Source: Octopus bimaculoides
Taxonomy: Eukaryota
Direction of reading: 5' to 3'
Length of the DNA: 59,530 nt
Assembly: GCF_001194135.2 (NCBI RefSeq)
Contig: NC_068995.1
Span: forward strand, 34,998,404-35,057,933
Shown here: one piece after another, positions 25,566 through 38,159 of the stretch
Layout: every line of letters starts with the position of its first letter
Position numbering within the stretch: position 1 is the first letter of the stretch
Program-made: the position numbers and the translations under genes
Notes under the pieces: model-generated
Seen by the model: the letters and a program-made list of their open reading frames with translations, nothing else
Database searches by the model: none
Told to the model about the DNA's origin: nothing

Positions 25566-25648
25566 CTGATAACGGAGGAAAATTCCTCTTCGAACAATGT
25601 CATACTTATATACCCTGACGAGATCGTACGACAAGACGTGACTAGGTC
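25566..25648 (+). ncRNA. Two tandem degenerate minimal hammerhead-like motifs (PLE pseudo-LTR)
   Basis: CTGATAA-c-GGAGGAAAATTCCTCT-tc-GAAC-AAT-GTC, then CTGACGA-GATCGTACGAC-AAGAC...GTC. Helix II hairpins are intact; the cores are mutated. Confidence 0.35.
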
Positions 25649-26780
25649 ATTTAATTTAGCTATATATTTAAAATATTATACAGAGTGTGTAACAGCTGTT
25701 TCTAGAATATCTCAGCTGTTGGAGCATCGTGTCGAGAGAGGATGATGGACTCATCTTGTCAGATGATAGCCGTCGCTCATTGAGTTTAGTTGTTCTGATT
25801 TACTTTCACATTTTCATGTGTGTAGATATGATTTTCCGCTCCACTCAACCGTCGCAATAGAATTTATAAAGAAATGAAATGATATTGAGACATCTGTACT
25901 ACATCGAATTTAAGTGAAAAAAGCTTCTACAATACTTCTTCCGCTCTTTCGAGGGTATAAGTTTCCGATGACAAGCATTGCTAGATGACTAGTACCATTT
26001 TGATTGCAACTTTTACGTCGGGGTATCATCCTCGTAGACGTGATGAAACTCTGGCTCAGGAGGACTTGAGGGTAATGGCTATCACTCATACACACACACA
26101 CTCATACACGCACATACATACACAAATCCCCCCCCCTATATATATCTATATATTTATTTATATAAGGGCATATATATATTTTGGGAATAAATGATGGATT
26201 TTTCCCTTATGAGGTTTTTTTCACGCTAGCTACTTGATAAATTCTTGTAAAAGAATTCATCCTATTATTGAATTTATATATATATATATTTAGTTATATA
26301 ATTGCATACGGGTCTAAGAAAAGTTTGTTAGTATATAAATATTGGATATTTGTTGATGATTTCTGCTATATTTTACTCGGCACACCTAACTAGATTCATC
26401 TACAACATTTTCTACATATGCATATTTGCGATATAGTATTCGTAGTTTCAACGCAGACATAATTAAACTTGAAATATCTCAAAATAGGTGTAGAATGCTA
26501 TGGCGGAGCTTCAATGCTTATCATTATAATCGAGCAAGCTGATCGAAAATTGAATGTTTTTAATTACAGCATATATTCTTTATGGTTTCTTGACGTATCC
26601 GTTAAAGGAAACACGTTGATGTGTTGATAAGCATAACAATCCGTGGTTGTCATGAAACCAAGCGCAGATCCCTAATCCGGCTCGTCAAATTGCATGTTGA
26701 TTGACAAAAAGCATGAGTTCTCCTAGCTTTGTTGACAAATTCAGTGCACTGACTGACGAAACACAGTTGTCCAACTCCTG

Positions 26781-26933
26781 CATATAACACAGTACCCTGA
26801 GGTACGCTCTAACGTAACATCATCTTCGTTTTTCTTGTATTCTAACATCTCTATTTTTCTCAACGTGAAAATGTTCACTAAAGTCTTGCTCATAGCCATG
26901 TGCCCCACATCGGCGAAGATGAGCTTTTCTTCG
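26781..26933 (+). other. Candidate TATA box plus first coding exon (MFTKVLLIAMCPTSAKMSFSS)
   Basis: CATATAA at 26781, pyrimidine-rich leader, AAA-ATG at 26871, hydrophobic N-terminus and CG|GTAATT donor at 26933/26934. No downstream exon was identified. Confidence 0.25.
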
Positions 26934-27325
26934 GTAATTTCATATTTGATTGCTACTTGCTATTTGTTTCCATAGATGTTTTCTTCATATGTTTACAATT
27001 GTAAGTTGCTCATAGATACACAATGCCCAAGAGTACACAACAGACATACCAGTACGTATACAAACATACAAAGATATTTCCAAATATAGTTTGGAAATAT
27101 ATTTATAATCGAGACGGAAATACGTTTTTGAAACTTGTGAAAAGAATTCAGATTTCTGCAAACAGTGGTTTAAATTCCCCAAGCACAATACAAATAATGA
27201 CTGACAGTGCCTTATCATGGGAATGGAAAATGTAATAGCAGCGTTATATTAGTGATAAACACAGATACACGCGCTTACACACACACACACACACACACAC
27301 ACTCATACACTTATGTATATGTATG

Positions 27326-27360
<35 letters not shown>

Positions 27361-27693
27361 NNNNNNNNNNNNNNNNNNNNNNNNNNNNNNNNNNNNNNNN
27401 NNNNNNNNNNNNNNNNNNNNNNNNNNNNNNNNNNNNNNNNNNNNNNNNNNNNNNNNNNNNNNNNNNNNNNNNNNNNNNNNNNNNNNNNNNNNNNNNNNNN
27501 NNNNNNNNNNNNNNNNNNNNNNNNNNNNNNNNNNNNNNNNNNNNNNNNNNNNNNNNNNNNNNNNNNNNNNNNNNNNNNNNNNNNNNNNNNNNNNNNNNNN
27601 NNNNNNNNNNNNNNNNNNNNNNNNNNNNNNNNNNNNNNNNNNNNNNNNNNNNNNNNNNNNNNNNNNNNNNNNNNNNNNNNNNNNNNNNNNNNN

Positions 27694-28007
27694 GTGAGTG
27701 TTTGTTTATTGAGCGAAAACACCTAAAGCTCCATGAGGCTCTGGCAGGGGATGGTGGCGAACCCTGCTGTACTCTTTCACCACAAATTTCTCTAACTCTT
27801 ACTTCCTGTTTCTGTTGTGCCTGTAATTCAAAGGGTCAGCCGTGTCACACTGTGTCACGCCGAATATCCCCGAGAACTACATTAAGGGTACACGTGTCTG
27901 TAGAGTGCCCAGCCACTTGCACGTTAATTTCACGAGCAGGCTGTTCCGTTGATCGGATCAACTGGAACCCTCGAGGTCGTAAGCGACGGAGTGCCAACAA
28001 CAACAAC
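27694..28007 (+). mobile_element. tRNA-derived SINE, family A-prime (5' end lost in gap)
   Basis: GAGCGAAAACACCTAAAGCTCC...GGTACACGTGTCTGTAGAGTGCCCAGCCACTTGCACG...GACGGAGTGCC with an (AAC)n tail. Confidence 0.92.
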
Positions 28008-28971
28008 ATATGTATATATACATATGCACACATATATAGAGATTCACGCATGCATGTGTGTGTGTGCGTATTGCGGGGTACAGTGTGGGTGAATGATTAA
28101 AACATCCACTTTGCAACCCTAAATTCTTTGGTTCGATTCCACTGAATGAAATCTTGAGTAAAATCAAATTTGTATGAACTCTCGTCGAAATATAAATCTT
28201 GAGTGAAATCGGTTAGACGGTAACTGTATAGAAGACCGACTCAAGGATTGTAACTATTATTCAAAGTTACACTCGTAGGGGATGACTTAACGTAAAGCAT
28301 GCACGTTTTTGTTGAATGTTTAGTCATTTCCACACAGATTGGTAGATCATATGCTATAGAATGTATTGCAACATTTATTCTGGTTCTTTGCACTGTAAGT
28401 TCAATTCTTATCGAAGATAACTTTTCGTTTCAAATTTTGAAGTCGATATGTAACATAGAGACTTATGATTGGGTCATATTTTCCCTCTCACAATTTTCTC
28501 CCTGGCTCTATTATGTTTTTTCTTTATGACAAAAATCACGGATAGTCAGCCACACATAAAGAATGATGGGTAGTGCCAATCTTACAAATGCCCAAATCAT
28601 AATGTAGATCACGGTGGCGTTACTACGACATACATAGGTACACATATATATGCATACGTATGCATGCATATACACACATGCAAGCATGCATACAAACATA
28701 CATAAATACATCATTATACATACATACAAAACATATGTATGTAATAAATCTGAAAATGTCTATCCTACTATCTAAATTTAGAATTCGATAATGGGTAAAT
28801 ATTGTCATTAGTTTCTCAATACGGCAGTAATTATTAAAATCAACAAAATGTAAATTGATGTATACATATATGTGTATATGTACATACATATCTACATACA
28901 TGCATGTACGCATATACACATGCGTGATCATCTTTCTTTCCTTTCAGGACTGTCCTACTAAAGACTGGACT

Positions 28972-29007
<36 letters not shown>

Positions 29008-29699
29008 NNNNNNNNNNNNNNNNNNNNNNNNNNNNNNNNNNNNNNNNNNNNNNNNNNNNNNNNNNNNNNNNNNNNNNNNNNNNNNNNNNNNNNNNNNNNN
29101 NNNNNNNNNNNNNNNNNNNNNNNNNNNNNNNNNNNNNNNNNNNNNNNNNNNNNNNNNNNNNNNNNNNNNNNNNNNNNNNNNNNNNNNNNNNNNNNNNNNN
29201 NNNNNNNNNNNNNNNNNNNNNNNNNNNNNNNNNNNNNNNNNNNNNNNNNNNNNNNNNNNNNNNNNNNNNNNNNNNNNNNNNNNNNNNNNNNNNNNNNNNN
29301 NNNNNNNNNNNNNNNNNNNNNNNNNNNNNNNNNNNNNNNNNNNNNNNNNNNNNNNNNNNNNNNNNNNNNNNNNNNNNNNNNNNNNNNNNNNNNNNNNNNN
29401 NNNNNNNNNNNNNNNNNNNNNNNNNNNNNGTATAGTATATCTAAATTATCAAACATATATATGTATATATTCACAGATATGCATATACATATATACATAT
29501 ATATATATATGTGTGTGTGTGTATTTCAGTTTTACTTTAGCGCCAGATTATGTGTGTGTGTTTTATGTATAGATGAATTCTAATGTATTTATTGTATGTT
29601 TTTATATATGTACGTACAATAATTTTTATATTCTAAGTTTCTGTTTTTGCAGATTACTCTATAGTATATTTTAGATCAGGATCATATCAGAAACGACAT

Positions 29700-30295
29700 T
29701 CAGTATGAAATAAAATGTTCTTCAGCAATGGAAGCCGCAATAAATATTTGTTCTGTTTATGGGTATGACATTTCAAACATCCAGGAATGCCAATAATGTT
29801 TTGCTTAACTCTGGTCATGAAATTTTTCTCTCAAAGATTCCTTTCAATCTGGATGACCAAGTTCTCGCGATATGGAGCTTCTAAATACAGGAGTCGAGAA
29901 AAATCCAACGCAAGCTGTACGATAATTAGGAAAATATTTCAGTTCAAGTAACACTTCGATCAGAATACAAATTCATATACACGAAGTGCCTAAACTTCGT
30001 CAGTAGGTCCTCTTCTGAGTTTCAGCAAAGAAATGAATATACTCGCTAGGGAACTTTTCCAGTGTATAATAGCCAGAGGTAATGAAAAGTAGGACGTCTA
30101 TGAAAATCAGTTATAGCGGATGATTAAAGGGAATCCATTCCCCATCCAAGATTACACGCCAAAAGATCTCTTGGGATATGATCAGTGGCATAGATCAACA
30201 AGTATTAAACAAAAATTTGGCAACCAGTTCAGAAAATTATTGTTGTTAATTGGAAGCATTCAGGAACTATTTGTAGAAAAAGCGCCCTAGTCACT
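29700..30295 (+). mobile_element. Mariner transposase remnant, Hsmar1/SETMAR-like
   Basis: EAAINICSVYG...ECQ*CFA...NFSLKDSFQSG*P...VEKNPTQAVR*LG...PKLRQ*V...GNEK*DVYEN...PRLHAK...SENYCC*L...KKRP follows the order of Hsmar1-type HTH and catalytic motifs. Many stops. Confidence 0.8.
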
Positions 30296-32642
30296 CAGAA
30301 AAAGATCATGGCTCTAAAGATAGAAATTGTGCCTCACTCTTCTTACTCCTCTAACTTTGTTCTATCTGATTATCATCTTTTCACTCAGAACATTGCAGCT
30401 TTATTTAAACTGAGAACAGATGAAAAATGAGAGCGCTTCGAAACGTGAATAGCTTTTAAGCCCGAAGGATCAATAATCTGCCAAATAGACTGGATTATAT
30501 TATGAATTATTAAAAAGTGAGGGGAAATGCTTATGAAATATACGAAATTAGGATAATAGAAACATTTGTTTCTTTCTCATCTTGAAGTTCGGTATGTATC
30601 TATACACACACACACACACACAAACATACAGAAATACACATACATAATACATACATACATACATACATACATATACATATACATATACATATATATANNN
30701 NNNNNNNNNNNNNNNNNNNNNNNNNNNNNNNNNNNNNNNNNNNNNNNNNNNNNNNNNNNNNNNNNNNNNNNNNNNNNNNNNNNNNNNNNNNNNNNNNNNN
30801 NNNNNNNNNNNNNNNNNNNNNNNNNNNNNNNNNNNNNNNNNNNNTATATATATATATATATATATGTATATATTTGTATAGATGGATTGTGTGTCTGTGT
30901 GAAGAAGTTAGGTAGAAGCAACAATAGTCAACCAATGAATATGCGAGAAACCGTCAAAGAAAGGGAAGTATAGAAGAAGGTAAAAATGGAGAAGTCGACA
31001 AGGGAGAAAATTACGAATCTGACGTACGTCAACTAAATTAGCTAATGTGTGCTATTTAGGAGAACCTTGTAGTGAATATTAAAAGAGAGAGTAATGTCAA
31101 CCGACACACATAAGATGTCGATCTATACGGATTGCAATGACTCTATCTTGAAAGAAGGAAATATATTTTAACTGAAGTAACCGTGAGATCGTTCCCCTAT
31201 CAGTCATTATACGTTCGTGAAATGATGAGAGATCAAACTTAAAGCTCTGGAGATATTGTTTGCAAGAATACACGTAATCGGCTATGTTATATGAATGTTA
31301 TGTGTTCTAAATGACAATTATATTTCTTTAGTAAGAGTGATAAAATGCAAATTTACACCTCTGTTTTGAAACTGGTTAATTCAAACTATCTTGAAACGAA
31401 ATTGTCATACCAGCATTACTGAATGTAGTTCGAATGTGTTCTGAATTTCGTGAAAATAAGATTCTCAAACGAAGATGGTGTATACACATCGCTAATTCAT
31501 GATTTTCTGGATATAGTTGTGTCAGATCTAGTTTATTATCAGCCTCCGTTCAAAAAACGTCATTTACTCAAATTCACATCCATTGTACAGATGTTTAAAG
31601 AGGCCATCAATTGTCCATCATAGCACAGTTCAATTAACAGAGCCTGGTACTGCCAGATTGCCTATTCTCTGAGTACAGCGAGTCATTTCGCATTTACATA
31701 CTCACATCATGTCATACAGGCGACTGAGATGCACAAATCAATTTATGGTCATCTTGTTATGCTCTATGACATTATAGTATCCTTACATATCTGAAATTAC
31801 AATTGTTAAGAAAACTTTGTAGTGGACATCGTGATATTTTCTTACGTAAACATGATGAAGTTTTCCAGCAAATTAGCCAACTGAATCATGATTGTGTTTT
31901 ATTGAACATCTTCCTTATGTATCCAAGACGACAGAAGAGTGAACAGCTGATGCTTCCGAAAATAACAAGCGACTGAAAGAGTTCAATGCCAACAGGTTGC
32001 AACAATTTTGCGTTTTTGAAACTGAATACATTTTTAGATCCTGTTTTGGGATTCTTATTTCAAACGTTGTTTTTGACTAACATTTTCATAGTATAGACAG
32101 GTTAAATTACCTATTTCTCACATTTTAGGAAAATTACTGCTTGTAAAAATTATTGCTCCGAACCATTTTGTTCAAATGAAAAAGGAAATAATATACACAA
32201 CATTTTAAAAAGCCTTTACACCGCAACCGCATACTTGCTCCAGATAACAAAACATAAAGTATAACGGAAAAAGACGTTTTCCAGATTAACCCTCTCAAAT
32301 AAGAGTGTTTAGTATTAAGTATCTAGTATTAAGATAGTGATTGTATCTACTGAAATGTTTGAAAAATGAGAAATGTAAAGAAGATAAACTACTTCTTGTG
32401 ATGAAGTTCTCGTAAAATTTGTAAGATTTTGATTGTCCTTTTACTGAGAATTGTTGTGGTTCTCTTGAAAAAGAAACTCTATTTTTGAGGAAACTTTAAA
32501 ATTTCGTGGTTGTGGGTGAATCATTTAAAATTTATTTTTCTCACACAGTTTCTGTGGGTTAGTATGTATAGATTTTTAACTTATATGTCTGCATTACTGT
32601 GCTTCCTAATTTATCACAGCATTATATGATTGAATCTTCACG

Positions 32643-32755
32643 CGCGCATGCGCAACAAAACCGACGTTTTAAACTGCATTTCTAGGTTGTCGATCATTGC
32701 TAAGTTAAATTTGTAACTCAATATGTCTAGCATCAGTGGGCGTAGGAAGTGAAAA
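32643..32755. promoter_or_regulatory. Candidate NRF1 site with nearby GC-box-like and ETS-like motifs
   Basis: CGCGCATGCGCA (32643-32654) matches YGCGCAYGCGCR exactly; TGGGCGT and AGGAAGTGAAA lie about 90 bp downstream. Confidence 0.3.
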
Positions 32756-35700
32756 CAAAAGCGCGAAAGAAATGATCGATACCATACATATATCTCGACA
32801 TGTTAATGCATCTTCCTTTCTCCCCATCAGATGAAATAACGCAGTAATTATTTTGCTACTCTGCCGTTAACGAGAATACTGAAAACACAATGCCTGTCAA
32901 TTGGAAGATGAAAAATTGATTGAGCTGTTGATCCACTTTTGCTGAACGATGCAGCCACTGCTGTACATATAACAGTGGGAATTGTTTGATACAAATATGC
33001 TTTGTTTAGTTGATATGCGTCTTTCCGTAGATATTGAGATAATTCACTAAGAAAACAGTTGAACGTGTGTTGCTGCTTTGTATCGTATCCACTGAACTAT
33101 GAAAAGTACGCTTCTACAGTAGGTTCAGTGTTACGTTTGGTCGGTTTGTTTAAATTCTCTGTAGGTTGTAATCTGTAGTTGATTAAGAAAAGGTATGGTA
33201 GATCTCTTAGATTTAAGACAAGAATGAACTAATGAAATGTTGTTCCCTTTCGGAAACAGAAAGTTTGAAAAATCAATGATAAATACTTGTGTAACTGTGG
33301 ATCATCAATAGGATCCTTAACACAACGGAACATTTCTTATTTTGAAAGAATAATGACTGATCCGACATTGTTGTGCAGTAAAATTTCGCACAGACTGTAT
33401 CATCCATAATCTCGAGAGCTAATGATATATATTTTTTCAACTGACAGTCCAGTTGTTTTATTTCAATTTGTTGCTTTGTTTATTCAAATATATTCTTTCA
33501 AGAAATTAAGTGCAATATATTCCTAACAGAATCATCGGTGCGGTTTGATTATACTTTTATGTCTAACTTCTTCGTCATAGAAATAAATTCTGCTAAAATA
33601 ATTGCTAGGCTGAATTAAGTATTCTGGTCGAGTAAATCCTGATGCCTAGCATCGCCAAACTTCAGTATCTGAATTTAGTAACAATATAAAATAAGCTAAG
33701 GGGAAAATAAACGAAATGGACAATTGACATGAAGTTTGATAACACCGTTAAAAGGGGGTTGTGCTGAACTCACTATGAAAAAATGTTTAATAATGGAAAT
33801 TTATCTTATAGATTTAGGAAAGAATCAAAAACCTGGCGGTAGTTATTAACAGCCTTCAATTGGGAAATAATTTCTATGGATTAAAATGTAATTGCTGAAA
33901 ATTGATTTAGCTGTTTAGGCGGATGAACGCCCGAATTAAGTGAACAATCATTGATATCTTTTAGTCTGTTAGTGATCCTCAGCATAGTTTAGTTTACTGA
34001 AGCCTGCAGAACAGTTCACATAGATTTTCACGTAGAGAGTAATAGACAGAAGTGATGTTGGCAAATCTAATTTTCTGAATGCAAAACAAAAGGAATTCAG
34101 ACGTGAGACTTGGAATTAGCGGACGAGAGAATACAAAATCCTAGTGCCAATTGCTAATGAACGCCACAGGAAAGAAGATATTCAAAAGATCAGCAACTAA
34201 TCTCTCTCAGTTGATTAAGGTATTTACGGGAAAGAAATTCCGATATTTACAAAGGTAGGCATATATAGTATTAATTCTGCGATAACAGTTAATTTATAAG
34301 CAGGCAGATAAAAAGGGAGTGGTCTGGCAGAATTGTTAAAAACTTATAAGAATATATGCATGTGTATATCTACATAATTACAAAAATACCATAGCATACA
34401 TTATGCATATATACAGAGAGAGACATACAGACATACATACAAACACACACATACACACACGCGCACACATATACATATAAACATACATTTTTGTTAACAT
34501 TAAATTAGATATTCTCGAATAGAAAGTACTCAATATGGAACATATTGTAACATGTTTCTGTAAACTCATTAGATAGAACTATTCGGTTAAAAAAGGTAAG
34601 TAAATCAAAACCAACATAAAGTAACAATCTGCTGCTCAAGAACAGAAAATTTGGAGCTGGCATTAGAGCTGATAATAATGTGGGAAATATAAAGTATTAG
34701 AAGATGAATAAATAACGGGAAATGTTTTTGAAAGGAATAACTGCTAAACAAATAATGCACAGGGCATAAACATATCATAAGATAAAACGTGTATGGCGTG
34801 TTTTGGGAAGAGGGTGAGCAAAAAATTGTACGATATACGTTATCTATGATTGTAGTTCAGAACTGTACTCCTGAAATTTGAACAATATTGCTTTAAAGAA
34901 AAAGTATATGGTTGTTATTCGCGGTATTATTACAGGGATGATCATTCCACGCATATTCCTTGTAAGATATAATGTACTACATTTAAAAGCCTATGAAGCT
35001 TATTTCCTTTAACGATCAAATAAATGAAGCCATAAAATATTTGTTTTCTTTAATGATGGTTTCTGAAGGAAAAGTTGTGGAAATAAGATTTTCATTAGTT
35101 AAGTAATACTGCAGTAAGCATTAATGTTTGTGTAAGTAGTATAAATTATTCGGCCTCAATATTCTTGTACAGAGAAAGGTCACACGGGTTACTATGATGT
35201 TGATTGTGTTACATTTATTTAAATTGCTAGTTTATAATGGGTTAAATTTCACTTAAAATATCATTAAAATACCCAAAGGTACTATTTACAGTTTAAGGTT
35301 AAATACCTTTAAAGGGCTTAAAGAGTGAATGGGGTAGCAATCGTGAGGTTGAACCGAGAATACCTAGTGATATTTCTTCTCGGATTTTATTTAAATTGGG
35401 AAAGTTTAAGTGCACTGTTTATGATTATTTTATGAAATATAAGTAAATGCTTGCTAGCATCTCTTTAGAAATATTTATGTACCTCATTTGGTCTGTGGTA
35501 CGCGTAACAGAAAAATGTAGATGCCGAGGGCAAAAACATTTTGTGAGATGACTTTCAGAAATTCATGCCTTAAAGATGATGAAGGGAGAATTTTATTTAA
35601 CTCCATCAGCCAGGTGTGGATTGATATTGGCTACATCTGAAAGTCTTACATCACGTTAAGGACTAATTTGGATACAAGAAAGCAGATTTTTACTTTGCAC

Positions 35701-37192
35701 AGTCTGAAAAGGAACGAGGGCGATGTTTTTAGTCGATTCCTGGTACCTGTGCTAAATACAAGGGATCAGTGGATTTTTAAAGGAATTATAAGTTCTTTTT
35801 CACGTGCGAAACGCATAATTTCAATTCCTTTCTTTATCGAATAGCTAAAGATAGATCGATTCAACGAAATTAATTGTGGCAATTAATATGGAAAGTGAGA
35901 TCGATGCGTAATAACCACATATTTCAAACTAGGAATACTTGCTTCCGTTTTTATGAGGTGTAGCCAATTAATTACATCCGATCTATAATTCGATAGTTTT
36001 AAAAGTGAGACGTTTATGCACATTTCAAAGTCTATTCTATCAATGATATGTTTGCTGGTTTCCCTGGTAGAAGTCTTAACAGGATTGATCTCATGTCCCT
36101 AATGGCTAGTTTACGATCGAAATCTGTCTTATGATCCTTAAGCATATGAAAAGATTCTATAAAGAATGTGTTCTATTTGGATACTTACGCAGTCTTGTAT
36201 AAGTAGATCTAAGGTTATCTTTACTAACAGCTTTGTTGATGTAATTAACCAAATTCAAGTTTCTTTTCTTGTAGTTCTTGGTAGTAGAACTGTGTGCATT
36301 TCAGCTAATATACAAAATACATAATCTTCAATCATAGATTGTATAATTAACAAGAAAATTTCAGCTTTATCTTTTACTATGACGAGCCAATGGATTGTAT
36401 ATGCCTGTAATGCTTGTATACGACAAATCAATGATTGCTCCGTTCGATCTACTAGAAATAACGCCTTTATAAGGACAAACACATTATATAAAATTTTTCT
36501 ATATATGTTTTTAAAAAGGTGGAATCATCGAATTATCATGAATGCAACAGCGTAGATAATTGATCTGTATCGTTAAGATTGCCCTGACGCTCAACAAGCA
36601 AAACTGGGGTAACAATCACATATAAGATATATCACGATGGATCGATTGTGTTAATATAGATACACCACCAGAACTACTATCTTTCCCGGCAGATTCCAGC
36701 CTAGAATTTAATAACAGCAGTCGCACGCAGGTCTACAAATGCAGTGAATAATGAGCTGTTTTCGTCAATATTATATGTAAACAAAAAAATTCATAAAATG
36801 TCCAGATACTCTCGTTTGGGTGAATTGTTACTAAGGTAGACACTAACCAGTTTCCAATCGATTGGGTTCTGAAGGAAATCTGAAACGAACGTCGATACTA
36901 ATTAAATATTCAGTTAAAAATAAAGTAGATCTCTATCATTTACTAAATATGTTTTATTTACTATACGGCACTAATGAACAGAAATAGCATCGAAATATCA
37001 ATATCCGTCGTTCTCGCTCGTCTACGGGCCAGTTTTTTCTCCTGGCTTTGAAGTATACTGTGATTTCAACACTTCACAACTTTAACTGGACCTTCCTAGG
37101 ATAAAATACGGCAGGCTAAAAGCATTTAGCAACACACATACATTAACAAACATTCAGTATATATGACATTGATAATATTTACGTTATTAATG

Positions 37193-37194
<2 letters not shown>

Positions 37195-37245
<51 letters not shown>
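37195..37245. repeat. (CA)n microsatellite
   Basis: Direct reading. Confidence 0.97.
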
Positions 37246-37249
<4 letters not shown>

Positions 37250-37298
37250 TATATACAGTATCGAACACGCAAACAGAAAGTATGTTTTCTAGTTCCAG

Positions 37299-37648
37299 GG
37301 TAGGCTGCGCTTATATGTGTAAGAGAATGCATTCTCATCAATGCACCTGGTATTAAAACACATAGAACTCAGAGACAAGCTAGATAACTCGCACTAGTTC
37401 CTACACAGGAGCGACGGATATCGGTGTACCATCATTTTTGTGACTTGTCAGCACCGGATACCCGAAAGAGGCCCGATTCAAGCTCGGGTACGCGGTGTTG
37501 CAAGTCACAAAAATGACGAAAGATCGATGTCACTCGCTCCTGAAAGGGACTTGATGCAAGTTATCTCACTTATCTATGACTTCCAGGTGCCTTAACACCA
37601 GCGCATTGATGAGAATATGTTCTCTTTCACCCATAAGTGCAGCCTACC
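37299..37648. repeat. 350-bp imperfect inverted repeat (foldback/MITE-like)
   Basis: Arms 37299-37465 and 37484-37648 with an 18-nt spacer; about 127/167 identities by manual alignment. Confidence 0.92.
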
Positions 37649-38159
37649 AACAATCTAACAAAACACATACCTTCTGTATGCGATTAAGATGTTTATATCC
37701 CTCGAGCTGCTTCTAATCCATATTTGAATTTATATATCTATGCGTGTGTGTGTATGTATGTATGTATGTATGTATGTATGTATGTATACATACATGCATA
37801 CATACATACACATAGGGTGCGATATTTGTTTAAGACATTTAATTAACAATATATTAACTAATCAGACCGATTACAATGCCCCTATTTCTTTATTATACCT
37901 CACAGTAGATTACATACTAACACAACATGTGAAAAGACATACAATCATTGTAGTTATATGTACAGAACAGTTATCTAGCAGCGGTCAAGTTTTTAAATAT
38001 CATATGATCCCTTGTAAATAAAGTTACGGCGGAATTGGAAGATTCCTACCTCAACATTTGCACTGCATGAAACGGAGAGAGAGAAAAAAATGAAAAAAAC
38101 ATTGTGTATGTTCTTATCAAGACACTACAATTCTTCTAACATGTTCAAAACGTTAGCGA

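Noticed and set aside
33090-33130. CACTGAAC...GTTCAGTG hairpin as a pre-miRNA
   Set aside because: Only 8 contiguous pairs; the interior pairs poorly.
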